In this document: positions 26,971 through 39,212 of the stretch, piece by piece
How positions within the stretch are numbered: position 1 is the first letter of the stretch
How the letters are laid out: each line of letters opens with the position of its first letter
From: Vicugna vicugna
Taxonomy: Eukaryota
Direction: 5' to 3'
Assembly: GCA_013265495.1 (NCBI GenBank)
Contig: MU058781.1
Location: forward strand, 1,964,963-2,022,913
DNA: 57,951 nucleotides
Notes under the pieces: generated by a model
Told to the model about the DNA's origin: nothing
The model's database searches: none
What the model saw: the letters and a program-made list of their open reading frames with translations, nothing else
Made by a program: the position numbers and the translations under genes

Positions 26971-27483
26971 AAGAGTCAGCTCTTGCGTCACCTCCCATGG
27001 GAGGCCTTCCTTGCCTGGAATTAGGGTTTTTTCCCCTTTGTTCATATCTCTATATAAGCACTTAAAACATCACATCCTTATTACGCTGCGCCTCTTTCCT
27101 CCATCTGAAGGGAAGGAGGATGCTCTGTCCAACTCTGTGCTCAGCTCCCAGAGCAGTGCCAGGTACCAGTAGGTGTTTAATAGATGTTATTGAATGAGTA
27201 AACCTTTCGCTGGCATTGATGAGAGGAGGAGGAGAGAGGGGATCAATTTTATTGATTTATTTCTCTGACTATATAAACTGTGAATTCTTCATTAACCAAG
27301 TTTAGGCTCGCTCTTTCCTCAGAGAATGGTAATGCACTTGAAAATTTTAAGGTATTCAGCCATTTACCCACTTCACACATGGCAGCATGAGGCAATGTAT
27401 CTTGTGAGCTATACTTTATATACACACTGCAGAATACCTCCCCACCGTAGCAATGTAATTCTGGATAAGTGAATGTTACTTGG

Positions 27484-27941
27484 TGTTATGGGTTGAATCG
27501 CGTCCTCTCCTAAATTCATATGTTGAAGTCCTAAATTCTCAAAACCTTAGAATGTGACCTTATTTGGAACTAAGGTTGTTGCAGATGTAATTAGTTGAGT
27601 TAAATGAGGTCATTAGCATGGATTTCCTAATCCAATATGACTGAAGTCCTTCTAGAAGGGGGAAATTTGGACATACACACACAGAGGCAGAACGCCATGT
27701 GAAGTGAAGGCAGAGATGGGGGTGATGCTTCTATAAGCCAAGAAATACCAGGAATTGCCAGAAAATCACTAGAAGCTAGGGGAGAGGTGTAGATTCTGCT
27801 CAGAGGTCTCAGAAGGAATCCACCTGCTGACGTCTTAATCTTAGACTTTAAGCCTCCAGAGCTGTGAGATCATAAATTTCTGTTGTTTAAGACACTTGGT
27901 TTATGGTACTTCTTTCTACAGCAATCCTAGCAAAAAATACA
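27484..27941 (+). mobile_element. MLT1B/C-type solo LTR
   Basis: tgttatgggttgaat...aattcatatgttgaagtcc...cctccagagctgtgaga..ataaatttctgttgtttaag. Confidence 0.85.
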
Positions 27942-28430
27942 CTCGAGGACCCTTGAGTGAAATATCAGAAAGGAGCACTTTCCCCTGAGCCGCTTCTGGT
28001 GACCTCTCGTTTTGGTCCCAGCACCTGGTGTGACTATGACTCATTTCGCAAATGGAAAAGGGAAGGACCTATTCTCGCTCTTTTGAAAATTTCATTATGG
28101 GTGTTATTTTCTTTTTTCCTGAACTTTTATTAAATATTTCCAACCGAGAAAAACAACCTGTCTGAATTCGACTACATGTAGAAATAAATTCAAAAAATTA
28201 AAAGATAGACTGAAAACGAGTCCCCTGCTTAACTCTCAGCTATACAGCTCCCCTCCCACATAGTGTTTCTTTGATGGATATTTTTTGCCTGTTCTTAATA
28301 AATTCTCAGCTGACTCTTCTTAACCCAAACAAACAGAAGGCATTCCCAAAGTCCTCTTTGCAGCCTGGACAGGGCTGAGCCTGTCTCCGGCTCTTAGCCT
28401 ATTAAAGAGATGGATACTTTGTCACCATAG

Positions 28431-28626
28431 GTTGTTAGACATGTTTTAAACCCCATGAGAGCTGGCTCTCCTCGTGTTTTATAGAGGTTTTTCCAAAGCA
28501 GAGCAGCTTACGTTTGGTGAGGGACTGGCCCACCTTGGCTCGCTGGATCTTGTTTCACCAAGTTTTTCATCACCCGTGGGCTCTGCTAGAAATGACCAAT
28601 TAGTTACATGTTGAGCCAGATGAAAT
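28431..28626 (+). pseudogene. candidate pseudo-exon
   Basis: tttgtcaccatag / aat|gtgaga; LAGSCFTKFFITRG vs recalled RGS22 RAGFFFTKFCEHSG. Confidence 0.6.
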
Positions 28627-28723
28627 GTGAGACCACGTGCATTAATCAAAACCTTTGAGTAATGTATGCACCACCTTCCTGTGGCTGCTGGCCATCATTC
28701 ATTTCCCAAATGCCACTGCACAG

Positions 28724-28797
28724 GGATTTCAGGACTCACCTGACTCCTCTCTGCTTGCATTTCTTGAGTCCCTCCTAAATTTCCACAGAGACAATCG
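28724..28797 (+). pseudogene. candidate pseudo-exon
   Basis: gcacag / tcg|gtaaat; open GFQDSPDSSLLAFLESLLNFHRDN. Confidence 0.5.
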
Positions 28798-28917
28798 GTA
28801 AATGCTTCTGGTTCAACAAGACTGCACTTGCATTCATTAACTAATTTCCCCAAATAAGTGAATAAAACCATTTAACTGTAATATAACTACATGCTACTTC
28901 ACATGGTTGATTCTGAG

Positions 28918-29099
28918 CGTGCGCTTAAGGAGATAATGGCCATGTCTAATGCATTAATCTTCACCTTGAATCTGAAGAGCTCCTTAAACATTAGCTACGG
29001 CCACAAATTCAGGTGACCTTCAGAAGCTGCATTTGCCTGGAACATCGTCTCTAGTGGATCTGTGATTTTCATATAGGCCAGGCAGCTCGTGTGCATGAC
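28918..29099 (+). pseudogene. candidate pseudo-exon
   Basis: gac|gtaagt donor; RALKEIMAMSNALIFTLNLKSSLNI...IFI*ARQLVCM; acceptor weak. Confidence 0.5.
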
Positions 29100-30059
29100 G
29101 TAAGTTTCCTTCCTTTTCAAAGTACCTGTATCTCATTCATCCTTCAGTGTCTGATTACCCCCCAGAAGTCTTCAAAGACCTCCCCTGAATGAATAGCTTT
29201 CCGTCCTTATTCAAGAGGAACTACTTAGCTCTTAGTTCTTTCAGTGCTGTGTAAGACGTTGTTTCCACGCCGACTTCCTTTCCTAAGCCACCCATATGCC
29301 ATGAGGACAAGAGCTGGGTTTCTGTGCCTCTCATTCACAGGGTAGACCAGTCAGTGTCCATTGGGTAAAGAGATGATCATCACACGTTCAGATTATCAGA
29401 GAGCAATCGTTAACATTTATAGAACACATTCTATATACACGTAAGATAGCATTTAAAGAATTTTACCTGAATTATCTCATTTATTTGTCATAATATCCTT
29501 TATGTGATATTATTATCTCCATTTTACAGAAATAAAGAGAATTTTAAGCCCCTTGCCTAAAGTCATACAGCTACTTTGGCTTTAGATGATGTATTCTTAG
29601 ACAATAAGATGCCTGTCTCTCAGTAAGCCCCGAAGTCTACAAAACTGATAAAAATCTAGCCATCAAATTTGTATAATATAGAATTTTAATTAATTTGAAA
29701 GTTCTGTCAATTAATTATTTGATGGCATCTAGTTCAGCTCCTGACTCTTGTCCCCGTTCCCTTGCTTTTGTCCTAGAGGTCTATTCTCAACAGACAGTGT
29801 GATGCTGTTATAACTCAAATCAGTTCTTGGTCCCAGGACTTTCCAGTGTCTTTCCATTTCACTGGAGTAAAAGCCAGAGTCCTTATAATGGCCTATGAAG
29901 CTAAACAATATCTCTCCCCCCCCACCAAGCTCTCTGATCTCATTTGTTCACATATTCCAGCCACACAGCCTCCGGGCTCTACTACTAACAAGTCAGGGAT
30001 GATTCTGCTTCACCCCTTTGTGCTCATGTTCCCCATCTCTGGAACAATGTCCAGCAATC

Positions 30060-32285
30060 ATAAGTCACTAAATGTGCAATGACACAGACAAACCAGGATT
30101 GTGCAATCTGCAGTAAAAAAAAACTGATTCTAAGATGGACCAAATGTTGAACTTAGAAGATAAAGACTTTAAAACATATGTGTTTTACAATATATATTCA
30201 AAGAATTAAACATTAAAATATATTTATTAACTTTTTAAAGAGTGAATGAGTTAATGGGTAAGGAATCTCAGCAGGGAAATGGACATCACGAAGGGAATCA
30301 CATGGAAATTCTAGAATCCTGCAATATCTGAAGTGAGTCAGTCATTGGAGGGGCTTTCTAACAGAGTGAAGAAGGTAGAAGAAAGACTTGGTGAAGTTGG
30401 AAACAGATCAGTTGAAATTATTAAAGAGGGAAAGAACATTAAGGGACCTGTGGAAGAGTCTCAAACACTTTAACACATGTGTGATCAGTGTCCCAGAAAG
30501 AGAAGAGAGTAAGGACAGAAAGAAATATCTGAAGCAACAGTGGCCAAGAAGGTCCCAGATTTTTTGAAAAATGACTTACAAATCCAAGAAGCTCAAGAAT
30601 AAAGATAAGGAAAATCCTACACAGGTGCACCACAGTCGAACTACTGAACACTGAACAGAAAGGCAAAACTTTGAAAGCAGCCAGAGAAAACAGACAAAAT
30701 ACATACAGGGGAACAAAGTTAAAAATTATGGCTAATTTTTCGGACAGAAGACCTAAACAAGCAATTCTCCAATGAAGACACACAAATGGCCAATAGGCAC
30801 GTGAAAAAATGCTCAACATCGCTAATTGTCAGAGAGATGCAGATCAAAACTACAATGAGGTATCACCTCACACTAGCCAGAATGGCCATCATTACAAAGT
30901 CTGCAAATGATAGATGCTGGAGAGGGTGTGGAGAAAAGGGAACCCTCCTACACTGCTGGTGGGAGTGTAGATTGGTGCAGCCACTATGGAGGACAGTATG
31001 GAGGTTCCTTAAAAAACTGAAATAGACTTACCATGTGATCCAGCAATCCCACTCCTGGGCATATATCTGGAGAGAAATAAAATTCAAAAAGACGCATGCA
31101 CCCCAATGTTCATAGCAGCACTATTTACAATAGCCAAACATGGAAACAACCCAAATGTCCATCAACAGATGACTGGATAAAGAAGATGTAGTACATATAT
31201 ACAATGGAACACTACTCAGCCATAAAAAAGAATAAAATAATGCCATTTGCAGCAATAATGGATGGACCTGAAGACTGTCATTCTAAGTGAAGTGGAAGAA
31301 AAATGCCATATGACATCATTTATATGAGGAATCTAAAAAAAAAAAAGTAATAATAAGGACACAAATGAACTACTTACACAACTTAGATGACTGATCTTTT
31401 GATTATGTGTAAGCACATTTGACCGTCCTTATGATTGGATTACCGCATTCTGTTGATTTTTATTTTGTAGTTGGCTTTATTCCTTTGATAACTATGTAAC
31501 TAATCTGTTCTTAGAAACAATAATCAGTACATATATGTAAACTAAAAAAAGTGCAGTATACTATATATATATATTTACGTGCAATATAATGTGTATGTGC
31601 ACTTGGACTGTAATAATTCTACCAAATAAAACTGAAAAAGGAAAAAATTATTGCTAATTTTTAATCAGAAACAATAGAGGCTAGAAGACAATGAAACATT
31701 TTTGAGTATTGGATGAAAAATCCTGTCCACCAAGAATTCTAAATTAAAACTATTCTTCAAAATTGAAGGTGAAATAAAGACATTCTTAAATAAACAAAAT
31801 CTGAGAAAATTCATCACCAGCAGACCACGCTGTCCTTCAGTCCAAAGGGAAATAGTACCAGATGAAAATCACAGAAAGAATAAAAAGGAGGAGAAATAAC
31901 AAATAATCAAATACACAAACTGTGGTGTATTCATACAATGGACTAACACTCAGCCACAAAGAGCAGTAACTATTGATAAATGCAGCAACATGGATTAAGC
32001 TGACCAAAAGGAGCCACAGACAAAAGACTTCACGCTATGTGATTCCACTTATATGAAATTCTAAAACGGGAAAAACTAATCTAGACAGATATAAGTAAAA
32101 TCCATGGTGTCTTGGGGTGGAGCTAGGAGAATGACTATCACAGAGTGAGGCGAGACTTTCTGGAGCAATGGGAATTTTCTATGGTGTGACTAGGGTAGTG
32201 GGTGTGTACGTTGGTCAAAAGTCATCAACCCATACACTTAAAATGTGTGAATTTTACAGCAGATAAGTTATATCTTAAGGTGGGT
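30060..32285 (+). mobile_element. old L1M fragments interrupted by a younger L1-derived insertion at 30741-31642
   Basis: ORF 30786..31025 is the L1 ORF2 C-terminus ([18 protein letters not shown]); 20-bp TSD flanks the insertion. Confidence 0.85.
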
Positions 32286-32967
32286 TGAAATCTTTTTAAG
32301 CTACCTTCTCAGCAAGGCTTTCCTCCCTGTTTAAAACTATACTCCAGGACTCCTTATTTTCAGTTTTCTCCCTAGGACATATCACTAACATACTGTATAT
32401 TTTATTTATCTTATTTTGTCTTCCCTTCTAGAATGTAACTTCCACGTAGGCAAGGGCTTTTGCCCATTTCTTTCATTCCTGTGAACAGTACCAACAGTAC
32501 TGGCACATGATACCTGCCCAATAAATGTTGAAGGAATGAATGAATAAATGGATGAATAAATGAGTGAATGAACTGACTTCCTTTACTGTTATCAAATGTA
32601 AGATTGAGTAGATAGGCTAAAATAAAGCTATACTAAAACACCATGAAACTCAAGACACTCAAAGTTAAAAGGCAAGAAACTTGAGTAAAAATGTATCACA
32701 CGCGGACTAAATACTTCTGCAAACAGTTGGCATGTCATGTGAGCTCCTTTACCCAGGCTTTCAGGTGAACGATGAATGTTTACAATAAATAGAACCTCGG
32801 ATTTGCTTTTGTACTTTACCCACTAGAAGACAGAGGTGTAACTGGGAGTTAAGCTACTAAGGGGGAGGGAAGCGGGGCTGTAGTTGGCAAGAGATACAGG
32901 TGGGTGGGCTGCGGTTTGTCATCCTCAGACCTACCCTCTCCTCGAGGCCCCTTTTTGGTTCTTTCAG

Positions 32968-33215
32968 AATAAACTCTCTCCAAAGTGTACAGATATTGTG
33001 ACACCTGGGCCTGGCACATCTCTGGTTATAAAAAGTGCTGATAAGCACTCGTGAGAGACATAATCTTAGAATACGAGTGTGACCTCAATTCCAAAGAGTT
33101 AGGCATTTCATTTAGCATCAAATTCCAGACAATTGAGAAAAATCCACCTAGTCCAGCCTACGGGAAGGTCCACCTGATTGAAGATATTTACCTTGAAGAG
33201 AGGGAACTCAACAGG
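32968..33215 (+). pseudogene. candidate pseudo-exon, RGS core
   Basis: tttttggttctttcag / agg|gtagga; HLGLAHLWL then (other frame) KFQTIEKNPPSPAYGKVHLIEDIYLEE. Confidence 0.55.
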
Positions 33216-33345
33216 GTAGGAGAAGTTTAGAAGGGGGGCGGGCACACAATACAAACAGCGTCATGCTCCTGCCCTACGTGTCACACTTTCCAATGAAAAA
33301 AGCAAGCCGGACACCCAGTTTCAGATAAGGGCATGTTTATTCCAG

Positions 33346-33586
33346 GTCATAGGTGCTAAAATGAGATTCCAACAGACAGAGTCACCCGTGTGTCTCTGAA
33401 GTACGTGACCTCATCTCCTGCAAGGCAAACTGTGGCCTCACCTGGACTTCTACGGCACTCAGGTTACGCAGCACACGTGCCAGTGACCGCATTCTGCTGG
33501 GTATTGTCCCTGGCTGTTAGCCAGTCAGGCCCCACCCCCACCCATCGTGAATATCAGCCTCTCGAGCTCCAAAGTTCATAAAACAG
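33346..33586 (+). pseudogene. candidate pseudo-exon
   Basis: tttattccag / cag|gtactt; PHLLQGKLWPHLDFYG. Confidence 0.45.
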
Positions 33587-36500
33587 GTACTTTGTCTCCT
33601 ACTTTGTTTATTCTTATCATTCAAAAAACAGCAGCTTTCTTCTCTTCCTTTTCATCCTTCTCCTTTCCCCTACCCCTGTCCCCCCGCCCCCATTAGAGAA
33701 TATTTAAAGAAACTCGGGGATCATACTTCCCATTCCATGTCCTTCTGATTGTTAAAGTTATAAATGCCAGGAGTCGGCCCTTCCAATGGAAAGAAAAGGA
33801 ATCGGGGAGCATTCTTGTAAAAGCAGAGAAGATGTCAAAAAAGAAAAGACATCATGTCAAAGATTTTGTCTGGAACAGGGTGACTGGGAAGGGGGCCTGG
33901 AAAGAGGGGCCAGGGAGAGGCAGGTTGGGAAGAGAGTGAGCATGGAAGTAAAGTTGGAGATTCTGAGAGAAGGGAGAGGGGAAGAAAACCACTGAGGGAA
34001 CATGCAAGATTCCACAGGGAGTTGCTGGGATTGGGGATGATCAACGGGGAAGATGAGATAGTTGGTGCTTCAAATCAAGTCAAGGAAACTTGTCTTGAGG
34101 AACGAGACACCATGGAATTGATGACTTATTTCAACAGTATGCAGTTTGGGACAGTGTGAGGGAATTTCAGGGTTTCGAGTTACTTGTGATGTTATCTTGA
34201 TTATCTTGGTGTGCAGGACCGCGGTGGAGGAGATGGAAAAGTGGATACCAAAGTAGCAGGTGTGTGGGTGTGCATGTGTGTCCAAGTGTGTGTGTGCATG
34301 CTGCATTTGAAGACCTTAAAGGAGATTCCTCCTGCCAACTTCAGCTCTGTGTGTAGAGCAAGAACCTGCCTCCTCCCCTGCTGTCACGGCCACAGAGGAC
34401 CCCGGCTTCGTTTACGAGGGAACCTCAGGCTGCCCAAGATTGAATGTGCCCTGTCCCCTGCCCCCAAGTTTCCAAAGAGACTTTCTGGGGGAGAAATGAT
34501 CTTCTCAACCCCATAAACACTTGTAGGGGGCTCATCTCTGAGTTGAAAATACACAACACATCGTGCAATGCCTGTAAATACGAGCACAGAGTAGTCAGCG
34601 AAGCAGCAAAGACGCGCTAGTGAAAGGTATTTTTAGCTGAGATCAAAAGGCCAAGTCAGGGTGACAGAAGGAGGTGTAAACAATTCTCAAGCTCATCTCG
34701 TATCACCTTCCCCAGCTCCCACCCTCCAGCCCCACTGGCCTCTCGCTGTTCCTCAAACACGACCTCTGCACCTGTTCTCTTTGCCCAAAGCCCCTGACCC
34801 CTGACCCTCCAGGAGGACAGCTCCAGAGGCCTCTCTCTCTGAAGCGTCTCCTATGACACACCCCCCATTTTCACTTCTTGATGACCCTGAGCCCCGTCTG
34901 GTGCAACCCAGTTTATCTGTTTCTTTACCTGGCTTGCACTTGGTCTCCACCACTGGAATACAGGCTCCACGAGAACAGGGCCCTTGTCCATCGCCTCCCG
35001 CACTGAGGGCAGTGTCTGGCGCACAGAAGTGCTCACTGAACGAATACACGTGCCCGTTGGTGTAGTATTTGTACCTTTCATGTTGTGTAGAAAGCATTTT
35101 TCTGTGCTCGGTACTGATTCAGCAGAGCCCCCAGCCCTACCATTCCCCACCGTGATGACAGGTCCTCAAAAGACAAGAGAACGAGGGGGCCAGCGTGAGG
35201 TGTTAAAGACCCAGCCCAAGAGCACTGCTCTTTATTGAGGAAGCACATATCTGCAGTTCATGTCTGCTGTGTGGTCAGAAGAAGGCTCAGAGGCCCCCAG
35301 GTGAGTTCAAAGTCCCTTCTGTTTGCTGTAGCATAGGGTAGAAAAATCTTATTAAGATGCGCACACTAGAATTCGCAGGCGGAGAGGGCTTGGCCTGTCT
35401 CTGACCGAGCTCCCGAGGTCTGGCGGGCTCTCGCCGGGGACGAGTTAGGGCTGGGAGCGGTAGCGGGGCCCAGGGTCTGGGCTGGCTGCTGACAGCCGCT
35501 ACCAGCTCAGCTTTTCCAGCCTCCTGGACTCGCTTTAATCCCTCAGCCCGTAGCTGCCGCAGGCAGCAGCCCTGGGTGTGTGCTCCATAGGGTCCAGTTT
35601 TCGGGCCCCACTTAGAGAGGGTATGAAAACCTCTTCTCTCAGTGGGAGTGCACACACAGCCGGCTTCAGCGCAGAGCTACCGCGTCAGGGCTGGCCCGAA
35701 GCTGCGGTGCGAAGGGTCAGCCGCTCTTCCCTGCTGCCCCTCCTTACAACAGCCTTTCCACGCCCCAGCCCCTTCTCCCCTGGCCTTCATGGATCCCCAC
35801 TGGGCAAAGGGGCCACCGTGGCACGGTGCTGTACCCCAGCCCCCATTCCGCCTTGCTCTCCGCTCCCCAGCCTCAATTCAGAACGCCCACTTCTCCACCA
35901 AAGAGGGGGGCCAGGAGGTGCCACATGAAGAGGGGCCCTGGGGACTAGGACTGGGGTGACCTGCCACTTTTTCCTCCTTAGGAGCTGCAACTTTGGGCAA
36001 GTCACATGTCTCCAGGACTCAGTTTTTTCTTGTTTGTAAATCTATGATAAAAATCCCCTATCTATCTGGCTCAGAATATTTCTAGTTTCAAAAGAGATGA
36101 TGGATGGTATACAAACAAGTTCTTATCCAACCTTCTGAGCTGAGAAGTTCGCAGTTCATGGTTCCCCAGGAGCTAGTCTGGGCAACACAGTTTGATATAC
36201 TACAAAATAAACGAATTTACAATTGGCTCTTAATGGCCAAAAGGGGCTTCAAGGGTTACACACAATTTGGGTAACATTTTCATTTATGTCCAATCTCTTC
36301 ATGTACATCCAGTCTTAAGGAGAAAGCATTTAAGGTGAGGATTTCAGGTGGCAGGCTGACCTCTAGAGGCAATGCCTCCAAGGGAGAAGGGGCTTTTGAA
36401 CACTCAACTCACAGTTTTGACAACTGTCCTTGTGGCCCACACAAGGCTGACCCCCAGAAGGTCTCCTAGAATCTGGACAGGGCCAAAGATGGTTTAGATG

Positions 36501-37549
36501 CCAATGTCACTGTTACACAACTAGTTATTTTGCAACTCTTGCCTCATCAAAACGATGTTTTTCTCTTGGTTCAGTTTCACTTTTAAATACTCTGATCACA
36601 AATTGCAAAGACTAGACAGACCTGGGCAACCCCAAACAGAAGTCTTATCATCTGGCTTTGGCAACTTCCTGTCCTCTGTGGCTGACTGTGGGAGCAGAGA
36701 CAGAGGCTCACAGGCTCTCGGGGCAGGTGGGAACTCAGAGGCCGGCAGGGCTGATGGCCCTCAATGTCATCAGTCAGTCAACATGCTTACTGAGCACCTA
36801 CTCTGTGCCAGACGCTACAGTGGGTGCTGGTGGGATGTGACCACGATGCTGAACAAGATGCTATCAGTAACCCCACGGGAGGGAGGCAGGCAAGCAGACA
36901 AGCAGTTGGGATGCACAGAGGAACACAGTGTAGCTATACGCCCAGAGGGCTCATGGTGGGGAGGGGGTGTCACCCAGGCTCAGGAGAATCAGAAAGGCTT
37001 CAGGGAGGGGTGGACTCTTGAAGGAAGAAGAGGAGTGAGCCCGAAGATGATCCAAGGGCGGAAGGAAAGACGCTCCAGGTGGAGTCTACAGCCTGTGCAG
37101 GGCACAGAGGCCAGAGGAGAGGAAGAAGAGAGCAAGGAGACTGTGAGAGCGAAGTGGAGGGGTGAGGGAGGGCCAGGGATGGGGGATGTGGCCCAGCTCC
37201 GCGCACGTCTAGGGAGCTGCCGGGCCTGGGTGAGGAGCCAGGGGATGCGGCTGGAGCCGGAAGCCTGAGGCCCTGAGTGGCCTGCTGGACCCTGTGAGGA
37301 GCCAGGACTCCAACCCAAAGACCGCAAGGGGACTCAAGGTTTTAAACGGCACGGTCACTAGAGGACATGAGGTGAATTGTGAGATTTCTTCAGTGGGCCC
37401 CTGGGAGATCATTCACCCCATCGTGAAGCAGGTCAGCTTGTGAGCCCAACGTGTGTTCAAATGAAGGCCAAAGCTGCCATCCACAAGCACGTGGCCCAGC
37501 CCCGTCCTCACCGGCCGGCACGCGCTTCCACCTGCAGGGCTCTGGGTTT

Positions 37550-37900
37550 GGGAAGACCCTGTTTGGAAATAGAGTGCTTGCAGATTTAATCAAGTTGAGC
37601 CGAGGTTGTCAGGGTGGGCTCTAATCCAATAGGACTGCTGTCCTGACAAGAGGAGAAGCCACGTGGAGACAGAGACACACAGGGAGGAGTCAGCAGTGGG
37701 AAGATGGAGGGAGGCTGGAGTTTTGTCACCACAAGCCAAGGAACACGGGGAGCTACCAGAAGCTGGAAGAGGCAAGGAAGAGTGCACGGGCTTACCAACA
37801 CCTTGATTTCTGGTCTCCAGAACTGTGGAAGAATCCATTTTTGTTATTTCAAGCCACCCAGTTTGTGGTCCTTTGCCACACAGCCCTAGGAAACGACCAC
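37550..37900 (+). mobile_element. MLT1-type LTR fragment
   Basis: ccacaagccaaggaacac...gaagctggaagaggcaaggaa...ctccagaactgtgg..aagccacccagtttgtgg. Confidence 0.8.
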
Positions 37901-38799
37901 ACTGGCTGCATTGCTAGTTTGAGTCTCCACGACTGAGAGGTTTACTCATTCATGAAATAAACATTCCTAAAGCCCACCTTTAGTATTAACTAACTGTTTA
38001 CCTAAATTAGGGATATATTATGTGATTATGTATAACATAAAATGGATCAAATGAAGTAGGGTTAGGCTGATCAAGAAGGGGGAAAAACTGCTTAAGAAGT
38101 CTCAAAACACCACCTTACTGATGGATAAGAGAAAGCGACTTTCTGTCAAAGTTGGGGGGGTCTCACATGAGTGTCAGGGCACGAAGAGGAACAGGAGGTC
38201 ACAGTTCAGGGTCTCCGGGGAGCTGGCATTTTTGTGCTGATTTAATCTAAGGTTTCAGCTTATGAAGAGATATGGTTTACAGACCAAAAATTAGCCACAA
38301 GGTACAACTTTATTCCTGGCTTAACAGAAGACTAAAAGAATAAAGCAAGCAGCTGTGTCACAACTTGCAGGGCAGCGTGAGATGCTGTGGTTTGAACAAA
38401 GCCAAGTTGGCCCGCGTATGAATTACAGGAAGAAAGGAAGGAAGAAAAAGAAAGAGCTCTAAGGCTATTTATTCCTTTTCTATGGAGCACACTGAAGAAA
38501 AGACCGAATCACATGTCACAGACGCAGCTGGAAAACATGGGCCCAGGTGGGGCCAAAGGGGCCTGAGTCACCAGCTCCCAGCTTTCAGCAGCTCCATATT
38601 TGGGAGCCCAGCAAAGGCTCGACGGAGTCCCCTTGGTTCTGGGGCTGCTGCCAGCTTCTGCCAAATGTGTGTAGGTCTTGAAAATTAAAACAGACTATAA
38701 TGACCTTGGACTCATGCAGCCTGGTGTTTCAGGGCAAAACAGTACTTAGATCTCAGCTGAGTAGGGGTGGAGGAGGAAATGGGTACACACTATTGACAG

Positions 38800-39212
38800 C
38801 ATGGTCAGATCAGAAGGGGGCAGGCCTATGCCCACAGCTGGCCAATCAGGACATTCCACTGTCCTAGCCACAGTATTGGCTTAGAAATGGGCACAGGGCA
38901 TGTGTCAGCCCAAAGAGAGTAAATCTGGGGGAACTTGTACAAAAACTGCGGGGAATGAGATGCAGTGAGGCGGGTTGCTGAGAGGAGAGGGGGAGCACCT
39001 GCAGCTACTGGGGGTCACCTTGCTATCACGCTGGAAGAGCCAGCCTGGGTGAGTTCAGAGACACTCAGTCCTGATGTGAACCAGCCCCTGTATCCAGCTG
39101 TGCCTAAAACTCTTTTCTGTTACATGAGCCAATACACTCCATCCTTTTGTTTTCTTAAGCCATTAGCAGTTAGATTTCTTCTACTGGCAACCTAAAGAGT
39201 TCTGGTTAATAC
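38800..39212 (+). mobile_element. old MLT1 (J/K-type) LTR
   Basis: ggccaatcagg...tacatgagccaata...caacctaaagagttctggttaatac. Confidence 0.6.

Noticed and set aside
36555..37268. Longest ORF (237 aa)
   Set aside because: Most of it lies in an antisense L2 relic (tactgagcacctactctgtgccagac...); no recognisable protein.
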